Assembly: GCA_028715175.1 (NCBI GenBank)
Contig: JAQUSJ010000001.1
Span: 276,550 to 340,549 of the forward strand
Origin: Candidatus Daviesbacteria bacterium
Lineage (GTDB): Bacteria > Patescibacteriota > Microgenomatia > Daviesbacterales > UBA10151
Reading direction: 5' to 3'
Length of the DNA stretch: 64,000 nucleotides
Each line of letters starts with the position of its first letter. Within the stretch, counting starts at the first letter, position 1. Shown here piece by piece: positions 9,039 through 18,358 of the stretch. Below the pieces are notes generated by a model. It saw only the letters and a program-made list of their open reading frames with translations, was not told the DNA's origin and searched no databases. The position numbers were made by a program, and so were the translations under genes.

Positions 9039-10562
9039 GTGGTTTTTGTACAATTTTTCAATCACCAGATGCCAAAAATACCAAAACCCTTTATTTTATT
9101 TCTAATTATTGTCTTGTGTATTTTCATGCGCACATGGAGGTGTGAAGATTTCTACGGATTTGGACATGATCAGGATTTGTTTGCCTGGATAGCTAAAGAT
9201 ATTGTTATAGATAAACATATAAGACTGATTGGTCAGGAAACAAGTATAAGCGGTTTATTCATCGGTCCTATATTTTACTACTTAATTTCGCTGCCGCTTT
9301 TATTTTTTAATATGGACCCCCGGGTTGCTAATGTGGTTACGGTTGCAGTGAGTTTATTTACCGCACTAAGTTTCTATTTTGTGATATCAAAATTTTTTGG
9401 CAAGACAGCGGGTTTTATAACTTCATTTCTATATTCAGTTTCTTTAGGGATGGCTTTATTCGATCGTTGGGTAGTCCCGACTCAACCGACTCTACTTTGG
9501 TCAATCTGGTACCTTTATGTTTTGTTGTCTTTTTTAAAGAACAATTTTAAGGTGCTTCCTGTTTTAGCAATCCTGGTTGGTTTTATTTGGCATATCCATA
9601 TTGCCTTTGCGCCTTTGCTCCTGCTTTTACCATTAACGATATTTTTAAAACGGAAAGCAATTAGAAAAAGTAATTTTCACTTACAGTTTAAGAATATATT
9701 GTTATCGTCAGTTATCTTTTTTCTATTAATATCGCCTTTTTTGGTTTTTGAAGTACGCCATAATTTTCAGCAAATAAGAACTCTAACTCGCGTTGCATCT
9801 GAAGAAAGAGGAGATGTAAAAGGGGCAGCAAGGGTATTAAAAATAGCAAAATCTGCCGCTGTAATTTTTACCGGCGCTTTCTGGTATGACGAGAAACAGC
9901 AAAATTTACCACAAGAGATTTTTGTTATACCCTTGTTAGCTCTGTTTTTCTTTATATTTTTAGCCAGAAAAAAAGTATTTGATAAAGAGCAAGTATCAAT
10001 AATGACAGCATGGATGGGGATTGGATTAATAGGGCAATTTATTTCCAAAAGGCAAATCAGCGAATATTATCTGATTAACTTATTGGTAACTGTCTATCTT
10101 GCTTTTGCTCTTTTTATTGCGTATCTTTATAGTTTTAAAAAATTGCGGTTGCCGATAATTTTGCTTTTACTCTTCTATGCTTCTTTTAATATATTTTCTT
10201 TATTGAAACTACCCAAATTATATGATAATTACGGTGACCGCAAGAAGCTGATTGAATATATTAAAAAGGATGTACTTGCTCATAATTATCCTTGTATTGG
10301 CGTAAATTTTATTGCTGACCCCGGAGCGGGAGTGGGCTTTAGATACCTTTTTTGGCTAAATAAAATTCCTATTATTAAACCGGTTGCCGGTATTCCAGTA
10401 TACAATATCGCTATACCCTGGATTTATGCTTCGCCAAAAGAGCTAAGTTTTAAGCAAGGATATTTTGGAGTAATTATCCCTAAACCAATTGAAGTAAAAA
10501 ATCCAGGTTTATGTAATGACGTAAAAAACCAGTTTTTGCCTTTATCCGGATTTGTAAACTAA
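9039..10562 (+). CDS. GT-C glycosyltransferase, ArnT-like subfamily A paralog
   Basis: GHDQDLFAWIAKDIVIDKHIRLIGQETSISGLFIGPIFYY.. and FDRWVVPTQPTLLWSIWYLY, paralogous to 5590-7227. ~12 TM helices. Confidence 0.65.
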   Translation: MVFVQFFNHQMPKIPKPFILFLIIVLCIFMRTWRCEDFYGFGHDQDLFAWIAKDIVIDKHIRLIGQETSISGLFIGPIFYYLISLPLLFFNMDPRVANVVTVAVSLFTALSFYFVISKFFGKTAGFITSFLYSVSLGMALFDRWVVPTQPTLLWSIWYLYVLLSFLKNNFKVLPVLAILVGFIWHIHIAFAPLLLLLPLTIFLKRKAIRKSNFHLQFKNILLSSVIFFLLISPFLVFEVRHNFQQIRTLTRVASEERGDVKGAARVLKIAKSAAVIFTGAFWYDEKQQNLPQEIFVIPLLALFFFIFLARKKVFDKEQVSIMTAWMGIGLIGQFISKRQISEYYLINLLVTVYLAFALFIAYLYSFKKLRLPIILLLLFYASFNIFSLLKLPKLYDNYGDRKKLIEYIKKDVLAHNYPCIGVNFIADPGAGVGFRYLFWLNKIPIIKPVAGIPVYNIAIPWIYASPKELSFKQGYFGVIIPKPIEVKNPGLCNDVKNQFLPLSGFVN

Positions 10563-10563
10563 T

Positions 10564-12087
10564 ATGAAAAAAATAAAACCTCTCTGTTTGGTAATTACTT
10601 TACTGCTTATTTCCGGTGTCCTATACAGATTAACTTTGACCTATGGCGGGAATTTTCTTTTTAATATGGATAATGCCCGTGATATGGTTGATCTCCGGGA
10701 AATGATGGTTTTAGGTAAACTAAGACTGACAGGGCCCACTTCGGCAATTGAAGGGTTTTTTAATGGGCCTTTCTGGTATTATCTTTTGGCAATCCCTTTT
10801 AGTCTATCCGGCGGCGATCCGTATGCATCAATTCTGATGGAAATTGTCCTTTGGACAATAGGAGGATTTTTCCTTCTAAGGTTGATAAGCAGGTGGGGAA
10901 ATTGGTTAGTTTGGCCGATAGGCGCTTTGTGGATTGCCTCGGATTACATAGTACTCACTAATCTTTATGCATTTAATCCGAATCCGGTAGCATTGCTTGC
11001 TCCTTTATTTATTTATTTACTGGTTGAGTATTTGGATAAGAAAAAGACAATTTATGGAATTTACGTATGGATTCTAGCCGGGTTATTTTTTAATTTTGAG
11101 ATGAATTTTGGGATTTTTATACCGCCTATAATTTTGGCAAGCACAGTATTTACAGGTAATGCAAACTTGCTAAAACAAAAATGGTTTTGGGTAGGAGTTG
11201 CCGTGTTTGTCGCAACCTTACTACCGCAGGTAATTTTCGATTTGAAACATCAATTTATAATGAGTAAAGCACTGCTCCGGCATCTTTCGGAAAACAGTGA
11301 TATCGGTTTTAATATTGTAAAACGTCTTCAGATTATTTCAGAAAGTTTTTACAACACATTCCAGGCAACTCTCATGAATCACCAATTATTCACACGACTT
11401 ATCCTCGTATTTTTTATTCCGGTAATTTACTGGTTTCTAAAAGTAAAAAAGAAAGAAACGGTTGTTTGCGTAAGCTTTCTATTAATTTTTATTCCGTTTT
11501 TAGGTTACTTAATTTTGCCCGTTACAGTTAATCCCTGGCATCTTGGCGGGGAAATGACTGCGGCATTAATACTGGTAGGCTATTTACTAAAAAAACTTCT
11601 TATGGAAAAAAGTTTTGTAAGTAAAATCATTTCTGCTGCCCTTTTAGTTTCAATTATTTGGTTTGCGTTATTGAATATCGTTAGTTTTAACGGCTGGAGA
11701 GGGTCTAATTTTGACCCCTCGTTATATAAAAATGAAATTGCTGTTATAGATTATGTGTACAAAATAGCCAATGGAGTGAATTTTAAAGTTTACACATATC
11801 TTCCTTCAGTTTATGATTATCCGTATCAATATCTCTTTTGGTGGTATGGTCAAAAAAAATACGGATACATTCCCGGAGAATATGTTTATTCTCCCGATAA
11901 ACCGGTTTACATCCCCAGTCAGGAGAAGTTTCAGGGCTCAAAGAAAAATTTTTCCGGACTGGTATTTTTGATCAAAGAACCGGACAGGATTAAAATGAGA
12001 CAGGCTTGGGAAGGAGATTTTAAAGATATGGAATTTGTTTCAAAAGAGATGTTAGGATCAATAGAGATAGAGATTAGAAAAGAGTAG
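10564..12087 (+). CDS. GT-C glycosyltransferase, divergent ArnT-like subfamily A paralog
   Basis: NMDNARDMVDLREMMVLGKLRLTGPTSAIEGFFNGPFWYY collinear with the subfamily A loop. Polytopic. Start is 1 nt after the previous stop. Confidence 0.55.
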   Translation: MKKIKPLCLVITLLLISGVLYRLTLTYGGNFLFNMDNARDMVDLREMMVLGKLRLTGPTSAIEGFFNGPFWYYLLAIPFSLSGGDPYASILMEIVLWTIGGFFLLRLISRWGNWLVWPIGALWIASDYIVLTNLYAFNPNPVALLAPLFIYLLVEYLDKKKTIYGIYVWILAGLFFNFEMNFGIFIPPIILASTVFTGNANLLKQKWFWVGVAVFVATLLPQVIFDLKHQFIMSKALLRHLSENSDIGFNIVKRLQIISESFYNTFQATLMNHQLFTRLILVFFIPVIYWFLKVKKKETVVCVSFLLIFIPFLGYLILPVTVNPWHLGGEMTAALILVGYLLKKLLMEKSFVSKIISAALLVSIIWFALLNIVSFNGWRGSNFDPSLYKNEIAVIDYVYKIANGVNFKVYTYLPSVYDYPYQYLFWWYGQKKYGYIPGEYVYSPDKPVYIPSQEKFQGSKKNFSGLVFLIKEPDRIKMRQAWEGDFKDMEFVSKEMLGSIEIEIRKE

Positions 12088-12097
12088 ATTCAAAATG

Positions 12098-12111
12098 TTC
12101 ACGATCGTGAA
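12098..12111. other. Perfect 14-nt palindrome TTCACGATCGTGAA between convergent genes (possible short bidirectional terminator hairpin or protein-binding site)
   Basis: Seen directly in the sequence; 5-bp stem with a 4-nt loop is possible. No flanking T-tract. Confidence 0.25.
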
Positions 12112-12132
12112 TGAAATGATAACAGGGTTTAG

Positions 12133-12552
12133 TTATTTGATTAATATTCTTCGTTGATCGGCGTTGATGGTTTCAAAATAAATCCAGACAGTATTTTTTG
12201 GTAAAAAACTTTTAGCTTTTTCTGCCCATTCAATTAAGATGATACTGCTGGGGTCTGTTAAAATTTCATCCAGTCCCAATTGTTGTAAGTCTTCGATATT
12301 TTCTAAACGGTATAAATCAATATGGTAGAGAACTTTTGTAGTAGCCGGAATTTTGTGTTGTCGAATTAATACAAAAGTTGGGGAGATGATTTTTTCCGTA
12401 ATCCTAAGTCCTTTTGCAAAACCTTGGACGAAAATTGTTTTACCTGCTCCGAGTTCTCCTATTAAGGTAAAGATATGATTTTTGGTAGTTTTAGCAAATT
12501 TCTCTGCGATCTTTTTAGTTTCATCTTCGCCATGGGATATGTATTTTTGCAT
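12133..12552 (-). CDS. tsaE: tRNA t6A37 threonylcarbamoyladenosine biosynthesis ATPase TsaE (YjeE)
   Basis: 139 aa; Walker A GELGAGKT; SPTFVLI..YHIDLYRL region typical of TsaE. Confidence 0.8.
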   Translation of the reverse strand: MQKYISHGEDETKKIAEKFAKTTKNHIFTLIGELGAGKTIFVQGFAKGLRITEKIISPTFVLIRQHKIPATTKVLYHIDLYRLENIEDLQQLGLDEILTDPSSIILIEWAEKAKSFLPKNTVWIYFETINADQRRILIK

Positions 12553-13780
12553 TTTTCTTAAAGTAAATATAACCTATTGATCCGCATCCGGCAAATATCA
12601 AAGCCAATCCCAGCCAAACAATTGGGTTTATTTGTTTTTGATTTTTGACATTAACCGCTCCTTCCTCTGTGGCAGATTTTGCAGAGATAGTAGCCCCGGC
12701 AACTGATGCAATCTGATAAATTAGTTTATCAGAACTTCTTACCTGGCTTGAGGTAGTTGTTGTAGCTTTAACAGATGGCGTGGGTGAATTCGTTGTTGAG
12801 GGGAGACTATTTGATGTTGAGGTTGACGTGCTATCTTGATCACCATTTTCTGTAGAGGTAATTGTGATAGTTGATTCATTACTCCAAGTAGGGCTAGAGC
12901 CGGAAGATGTGTATCTTCCCACCTTAAAGATATAATCTCCGCTTCCTTTATAGTCAGTGTCTGAAGCATCAGGTTCGACTTCTAAAGTACCTGTCCAATT
13001 GCCGCTATCGTCAGTAGTAATCTTATATTGATTTAAATAATTAGAACTTTCATATTTAATCCAGCTGGAACCGATTTTTGTTAAACCAAAATATCTGGTG
13101 CCATCCACCCTCTTAAAAGCACCAGTCAAATAATAATCAGCATTTTTATTATTAGGTAAAGTTAGATTAACTGAAACATTAAAAGATTGGTCAGAATTTA
13201 TTTGGGAGGGGATATTGGAAATGGTGAATGAGGAAGTGGCTTGGGGAGTGGAGGAAGGTATAGGTGTTGGAGTTGGAGATGGAGTAGAGCTGGAAGTAGA
13301 TGACGGGGAAGAAGAAGGTTGCGCGATCGCTGTGATAGTTATTCCTGATGACGATTGAAAGCTAGTTCCACTTCCACATATTCCATCAGGTTTTTTTAAA
13401 CAGGCTCTTGCATAAATTATTTTTTGTCCCTCAGTAGCGTTACTTTTTATTTTACATTGGATAGAAAAACTAATAGTTGAATCGATTGCCGTAATGGTGG
13501 GCATGTCTGTCCAAGAATCTGTGTCATATAACCAGCTAGTAGTTAGTGGGTTATATGTTTGTCCTTCAAGTAGACTGGAAGATGATGCGCCTATTCTACA
13601 TTTAACAAAATATATCTCTCCTGTTTGTACGTTATTTAAGTTACTATTAGCTGAAAAAGATTGATTAATTGGAATCTCTGATTGATTAATCGTAGGAGCA
13701 TCTATACTTACGGCAGCAAAAACAGGTTTAACTCCAAAAAAGAGGAAAAGAAAAGTAAGAACTAGCGGTTTATTTCTCAC
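12521..13780 (-). CDS. Secreted Ser/Thr/Pro-rich cell-surface protein with C-terminal membrane anchor
   Basis: Signal peptide MRNKPLVLTFLFLFFGVKPVFAA. Linkers PSSSPSSTSSSTPSPTPTPIPSSTPQATSS and TSTSTSNSLPSTTNSPTPS. C-terminal hydrophobic helix plus basic tail (..LGLALIFAGCGSIGYIYFKKNAKIHIPWRR). Confidence 0.5.
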   Translation of the reverse strand: MRNKPLVLTFLFLFFGVKPVFAAVSIDAPTINQSEIPINQSFSANSNLNNVQTGEIYFVKCRIGASSSSLLEGQTYNPLTTSWLYDTDSWTDMPTITAIDSTISFSIQCKIKSNATEGQKIIYARACLKKPDGICGSGTSFQSSSGITITAIAQPSSSPSSTSSSTPSPTPTPIPSSTPQATSSFTISNIPSQINSDQSFNVSVNLTLPNNKNADYYLTGAFKRVDGTRYFGLTKIGSSWIKYESSNYLNQYKITTDDSGNWTGTLEVEPDASDTDYKGSGDYIFKVGRYTSSGSSPTWSNESTITITSTENGDQDSTSTSTSNSLPSTTNSPTPSVKATTTTSSQVRSSDKLIYQIASVAGATISAKSATEEGAVNVKNQKQINPIVWLGLALIFAGCGSIGYIYFKKNAKIHIPWRR

Positions 13781-13804
13781 TATCTAAATACTAATTCTAA
13801 ATTA

Positions 13805-13850
13805 ACAATAAAACAAATAATAAAACATAATAAAACAAAAAATAAAACGA
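13805..13850. repeat. Four phased copies of (A)ATAAAAC at ~10-12 nt spacing upstream of the S/T-rich protein gene (A-tract curvature / UP-element-like)
   Basis: Copies at 13807-13814, 13819-13826, 13829-13836 and 13841-13848, in a 160-nt AT-rich intergenic region. Confidence 0.4.
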
Positions 13851-13941
13851 ATATTCCATAATTTCACCTAATTATCCATTTCTTAGCCATTGCCAAATTT
13901 TGGATAAAGATAGATTTAACGTTCTGCTTATTACTACTGAT

Positions 13942-15135
13942 TTAAGGGATATGCCAGTACAAAGTAACTATATCACTGTTATCATGGTCTAAAACAATGC
14001 CTTTTCCAATTGTTCCTGTTAAATAACAAGCACTGGAATCCGAGAATTCATAAGCCACTCCATCCGCAGCCGCCCTGATTGGGGTACCGGCATATTCAGC
14101 CATATCTAAACCTTTATGCTCTCCCAGGAAATATATCTCTCCAAACTTGGTGCTAATTTGTCCTGCTTGACAAGACGAACCGCATTCGCTGCCATTGTAG
14201 CTGGCTAAAGGTTTCTCGAATTGTCCGGAATCAAGATATGGTTTAGGATCAACTTTATTTTCTTTGCCGATGACGGTTTTATTTTCCACTTTTGCATTGG
14301 TCATTACTTCAAAATGCAAATGAGGCCCGGTTGAACATCCTGTGTTGCCGACATAGGCGATAACTTCGCCCTTTTTTCTGGGCCCTAAAAAGACACCTGT
14401 TCCACCTAAAGCTCGTCTGATTGATTCGGTATCTGCTTTAAGTTGAGCAATTAAAGCTTGGTATCTTACTTCGTCATTTTTTGTAACCTTAAGCAGTTCA
14501 TCCTTGTCTTTTTTTTGCTTTGCTAATTGGACTTTGTAATTTTCCAAATCCTTGTTTAACTTTTCGGCCTCGGCTTGTCTTGTTTGCTTATCTTGTTTTT
14601 GGTCGTTGTAAGCAAGTTTAGTAGCTTGCAACTCATATAATTTTTGTTTGTCATAGGCTTGTGCAGTTTGGATGTATTTTAATCTTTCAATAAGATCTGC
14701 AAACCCATGGGATGAAAAAAGAAGGTCTATTGTAGATATGGTGTTGCTGTATTTATATGTTTGGATAATACGCCGGAGCAAAACTTCCGATAATGTATCC
14801 AGTGTGATGCCAATTCTTTCGATTCTTGTTGAAAGGTCTGTAATTTCCCGCTTTAATTTTTCGATTTTAAGATTAGTTTCTTCGATCTTTAGTTCTGTAA
14901 CTTTGGTTTGGCCGTCAATAAGGGCAAGCTGAGATTTTAAAGTTTTTTCTTTAGTTCTGGTATCGGCAAGTTGAGCTTCTAATTTGGCTATTTCTGCTTG
15001 TTTGTCTTGAAGTTGCTGTGTCAGTTCATTCGAAGATTGGGCATGGATAGGGGTTAGGGTATAGGGGTTAGGGTATAGAAAAAGAAAGGCTAGGAAACTA
15101 AATGCTAAAAAAGATAGTAGTAGCTTTTTCATCAA
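13942..15135 (-). CDS. M23 family metallopeptidase with N-terminal coiled coil (EnvC-like murein hydrolase activator)
   Basis: Signal/TM peptide; long heptad-rich region (LTQQLQDKQAEIAKLEAQLADTRTKEK..); C-terminal LytM/M23 motifs GPHLHFEV and HxH-type HKGLDMAE. Confidence 0.8.
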   Translation of the reverse strand: MMKKLLLSFLAFSFLAFLFLYPNPYTLTPIHAQSSNELTQQLQDKQAEIAKLEAQLADTRTKEKTLKSQLALIDGQTKVTELKIEETNLKIEKLKREITDLSTRIERIGITLDTLSEVLLRRIIQTYKYSNTISTIDLLFSSHGFADLIERLKYIQTAQAYDKQKLYELQATKLAYNDQKQDKQTRQAEAEKLNKDLENYKVQLAKQKKDKDELLKVTKNDEVRYQALIAQLKADTESIRRALGGTGVFLGPRKKGEVIAYVGNTGCSTGPHLHFEVMTNAKVENKTVIGKENKVDPKPYLDSGQFEKPLASYNGSECGSSCQAGQISTKFGEIYFLGEHKGLDMAEYAGTPIRAAADGVAYEFSDSSACYLTGTIGKGIVLDHDNSDIVTLYWHIP

Positions 15136-15141
15136 GGCTCA

Positions 15142-16014
15142 TTAGATTTTTAAGTATCGTCTGACAGCTGCAAATGATCCGATTGCTCCCACAACGCATG
15201 CTGCTATCAAACTTCCTCCGAGTAATGCCAACATAAATAATGGGTTAACAGGTAAAAGCTTAACTTCTCCCAGATATCCTTGCAAGAAAGGCGTAAAATA
15301 CCAAAGAAGAGTGTAACTTATAATCCAAGCTAAAATTGTTCCGGTGACGCCATAAAGCATCCCTTCAAAAATAAATGGTGTTCTAATGAAACCCGGAGAC
15401 GCTCCCACAAGACGCATAATCTCTATCTCTGTTCTTTTAATTCTTATCTTAAAACCAATAATCATAACAATAACCAAAGTTGCAAAAATCATCAAAAATC
15501 CAACAGTTGCCCCTCCGACATATCTAATGATTCGAGTAATTGAAGTTAAGGTTGCTACAACATCTTCCGGCACTATTACCTCGGATACAACAGGTTCCCT
15601 TTTTAAAATATCAGCAATTGGAGCTAGATCCTCAGGATCTTTTGTAGAAATCTCTAAACTGGCAGGTAAGATATTGGCAGTCACTAGTTCCAGGAGAGTC
15701 GGATCATTTTTATTTTTCTCGCGATAAATTTGCAAGGCCATATCTTTGGAAACAAATTTTGTATTTGTGACACGGGTTTCTTGTTTGAGGGCACTTTCTA
15801 TTGCCGTCACATCTTGATCGGTTGTTCCCTCTTTGAAGAAAGCGATTACTTGAGGTTTGCTTTCGAAATAACGCAGGGCAGCTTGTGAACCTGCTGCCAA
15901 AATTATAAATGTTTGAAGCGCCAGAAACGTTAAAAGCATCACCATAGATGCGGCAATGGCCTGAAACGGTGTACGTCTTATATTCCTTTTTGTAAATTCA
16001 ATTGCTTTGCTCAT
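15142..16014 (-). CDS. ftsX: Cell division permease FtsX
   Basis: 290 aa with the classic FtsX topology: TM helix, periplasmic domain, then three C-terminal TM helices. Translationally coupled to ftsE by a 4-nt overlap. Confidence 0.8.
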   Translation of the reverse strand: MSKAIEFTKRNIRRTPFQAIAASMVMLLTFLALQTFIILAAGSQAALRYFESKPQVIAFFKEGTTDQDVTAIESALKQETRVTNTKFVSKDMALQIYREKNKNDPTLLELVTANILPASLEISTKDPEDLAPIADILKREPVVSEVIVPEDVVATLTSITRIIRYVGGATVGFLMIFATLVIVMIIGFKIRIKRTEIEIMRLVGASPGFIRTPFIFEGMLYGVTGTILAWIISYTLLWYFTPFLQGYLGEVKLLPVNPLFMLALLGGSLIAACVVGAIGSFAAVRRYLKI

Positions 16015-16685
16015 TCGTATCTTCCTTCCTTGCTATCTTTAACGATCTTGCCCTGTTTGATGACAACGACCCTTCTTTTTAAGGTGTTAACAATTTCCTG
16101 GTTATGGGTGGCCATCAAAATTGTGGTACCCCAGGAATTTATCTCATTTAAAAGTTGAATTACCCCCCATGCGGTTTTGTGGTCTAAATCTCCGGTTGGT
16201 TCATCTGCCAAGACTATGTCCGGTTTTCCGACTATGGCTCGTGCAATAGCAGTTCTTTGCGCCTCACCGCCTGAAAGTTGTTTGGGGAAAAGATTTCTTT
16301 TATCCCAGATCTCGACTAATTTTAATGTATGTTCTACTGCTTTCTGTATTTCTTCATCAGATTTGCCCTGTACTTCCAAAGTCAAAGCTACCTGTTCGAA
16401 AACAGTCCTATCGTCTAGTAATTTGAAATCCTGGAAAACTACTCCGACTTTTCTTCTAAATTGCGGGACATTGCTATCTTTAATTTTAGCAATATCAATG
16501 TTTCCCACCATTATTTTGCCACTTGTGGGTAAAATCTCCCGTGTGAGAATTTTTAGTAATGTAGATTTGCCGGCACCTGAGGGCCCTACTATAAATACAA
16601 ACTCACCTTGTTTGATGTCTAAAGAGACATTATCTAAGGCAAGAGCGGGACCAAATTTCTTTGAAACATTTTCGAATAAGATCAT
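16011..16685 (-). CDS. ftsE: Cell division ABC ATPase FtsE
   Basis: Walker A GPSGAGKST, ABC signature LSGGEAQR, Walker B ILLADEPTG, H-loop MATHN. Confidence 0.9.
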   Translation of the reverse strand: MILFENVSKKFGPALALDNVSLDIKQGEFVFIVGPSGAGKSTLLKILTREILPTSGKIMVGNIDIAKIKDSNVPQFRRKVGVVFQDFKLLDDRTVFEQVALTLEVQGKSDEEIQKAVEHTLKLVEIWDKRNLFPKQLSGGEAQRTAIARAIVGKPDIVLADEPTGDLDHKTAWGVIQLLNEINSWGTTILMATHNQEIVNTLKRRVVVIKQGKIVKDSKEGRYE

Positions 16686-16762
16686 AGCTATCAGTAGTCA
16701 GACGTCAGTCGTCAGACAATTGCAATTTAAGTCTGAAAGCTGAAAGCTTAAGGCTGTGACGA

Positions 16763-17206
16763 CTACTTTATTTCTTCAACCTTACCGACATCCATTAACC
16801 AGCCTTCTTTAAGAGCCTTTTGGGTTTCACCGAAGACTTTCACTTTTTTGCCTTCATATTGGGAAAGATCAACAACAGATGAGGTAAGAGCTACAGGGAC
16901 CGCACTTTCTCTTATGAGCATGTGCGTTCCTTCTGTATATTCTCCTTTTGTGGGGAGAGGTTTGACTTTAATTATTCCTTCGGCGAAATCTTTAAAAGTT
17001 CTCGTATCTTGTTGGGCAGATTTTGGAGTTCCTACCGAAAGAGCAGATGGTTTTAAACTGCCGCCGCTTTTAGTTGACATAATATAACCGGTGAGAGTGC
17101 CAAGTATTAGTGCGGTGATAACTACACCTAAGATAAGACGGGTGGGATTTTCTGTGTCGGAGATTGGTTTGGCGATATGTTCTTGAAATTTTGTTTTAAG
17201 ATCCAT
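16763..17206 (-). CDS. Small membrane-anchored hypothetical protein (N-terminal TM, extracytoplasmic C-domain)
   Basis: 147 aa with a single hydrophobic helix RLILGVVITALILGTLTGYIM and no recognisable motifs. Sits upstream of ftsE in the same orientation. Confidence 0.4.
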   Translation of the reverse strand: MDLKTKFQEHIAKPISDTENPTRLILGVVITALILGTLTGYIMSTKSGGSLKPSALSVGTPKSAQQDTRTFKDFAEGIIKVKPLPTKGEYTEGTHMLIRESAVPVALTSSVVDLSQYEGKKVKVFGETQKALKEGWLMDVGKVEEIK

Positions 17207-17254
17207 ATAGTCTATCTTAACTATAAATTGACTATTTGTCTACCCCGAATTTAT

Positions 17255-18328
17255 TTACAATGGAAGCATTTTTAATTCAGCTTCTATAAACTCCCCCAGA
17301 TCGCCATTTAAAACAGCGTCTGTATTAGAGGTTTCAACATTTGTTCTTAAGTCTTTAACCATATGGTAAGGGTGCAGGACATAAGAGCGGATTTGGGTTC
17401 CCCAGGAGCCTTGGGTTTTGTCTCCCTTAAGCTCCTGTTGTTGTTCCTTACCCTCAGCTTCCTGCTCTGCCCACAATTTTGCCATCAGGAGTTTCATAGC
17501 ATTTTCACGGTTTTGCAGTTGGGAACGTTCTGTCTGGGCGGTGACTGTAATGCCTGTCGGGATATGTTTTACCCTGACAGCGGTTGAGACTTTATTGACA
17601 TTTTGTCCGCCTGCACCGCCACTGCGGAAGGCTTCAAATTCGATATCAGAGTCATTAATTTCAACTTCTTCCGGTTTAATTACCGGCAATACTTCTACCA
17701 GAGCAAAAGAAGTCTGACGCAACTTATCTGCATTAAAAGGGGATTGTCTGACTAACCTATGCGTTCCAGCCTCTCCTTTTAAATAACCAAAAGAGTATGA
17801 TTCGTGGATAATCATGGAAACAGTTTTGATACCTGCTTCCTCACCTGGATTTTCATCCGTCACTTCATATTTCCAGCTCATTCTGTCAAAATAGCGCTGA
17901 TACATTCGGGCCAGCATAGAAGCCCAATCCATTGCTTCAACCCCGCCGGCACCGGAGTGAACAGACAAAATTGCTTCTGATTCATCATGCGGGCCTGATA
18001 AAAACAATTCCAGCTCAAGCTTGTCCAGTTCATCTGTAATTTCTTTGATTTCTTTTATTAAATCTTCCTGCATGGAAGGCTCTTCGGATATTTCCAAAGC
18101 ATTGTCGATTCTGGATTCAAGGTCTTCTAGCGTAGCAAGTGTTTTCTGTTTGTCTGACAGCTGACGACTGATAGCTGAAGACTGTTGCGGATTATTCCAG
18201 AATCCCTCTTTTATGGTTTGGGCTTCCAGTTCCCGAATTTCCACGCTCAATTTATCCCGGTCAATAGATCGGGAAACTTTCTCAAATCTGCTTTTGAGTT
18301 CTTCCAACCTAGTTTTAATTTCATCCAT
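17255..18328 (-). CDS. prfB: Peptide chain release factor 2, contiguous ORF with no programmed +1 frameshift
   Basis: GGQ motif [12 protein letters not shown]; SPF tripeptide (RQSPFNA), which is RF2-specific. 357 aa uninterrupted from the Met. Confidence 0.85.
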   Translation of the reverse strand: MDEIKTRLEELKSRFEKVSRSIDRDKLSVEIRELEAQTIKEGFWNNPQQSSAISRQLSDKQKTLATLEDLESRIDNALEISEEPSMQEDLIKEIKEITDELDKLELELFLSGPHDESEAILSVHSGAGGVEAMDWASMLARMYQRYFDRMSWKYEVTDENPGEEAGIKTVSMIIHESYSFGYLKGEAGTHRLVRQSPFNADKLRQTSFALVEVLPVIKPEEVEINDSDIEFEAFRSGGAGGQNVNKVSTAVRVKHIPTGITVTAQTERSQLQNRENAMKLLMAKLWAEQEAEGKEQQQELKGDKTQGSWGTQIRSYVLHPYHMVKDLRTNVETSNTDAVLNGDLGEFIEAELKMLPL

Positions 18329-18358
18329 GGGGAAATTATAGCAGTTTCATGCTAGAAT

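Noticed and set aside
15159-15170. Exact 12-mer GTCTGACAGCTG repeated at 15159-15170 (ftsX 3' end) and 18152-18163 (inside prfB)
   Set aside because: Both copies are inside conserved coding regions in different frames and contexts, with no flanking similarity. Most likely chance or codon-level coincidence rather than a mobile or regulatory repeat.
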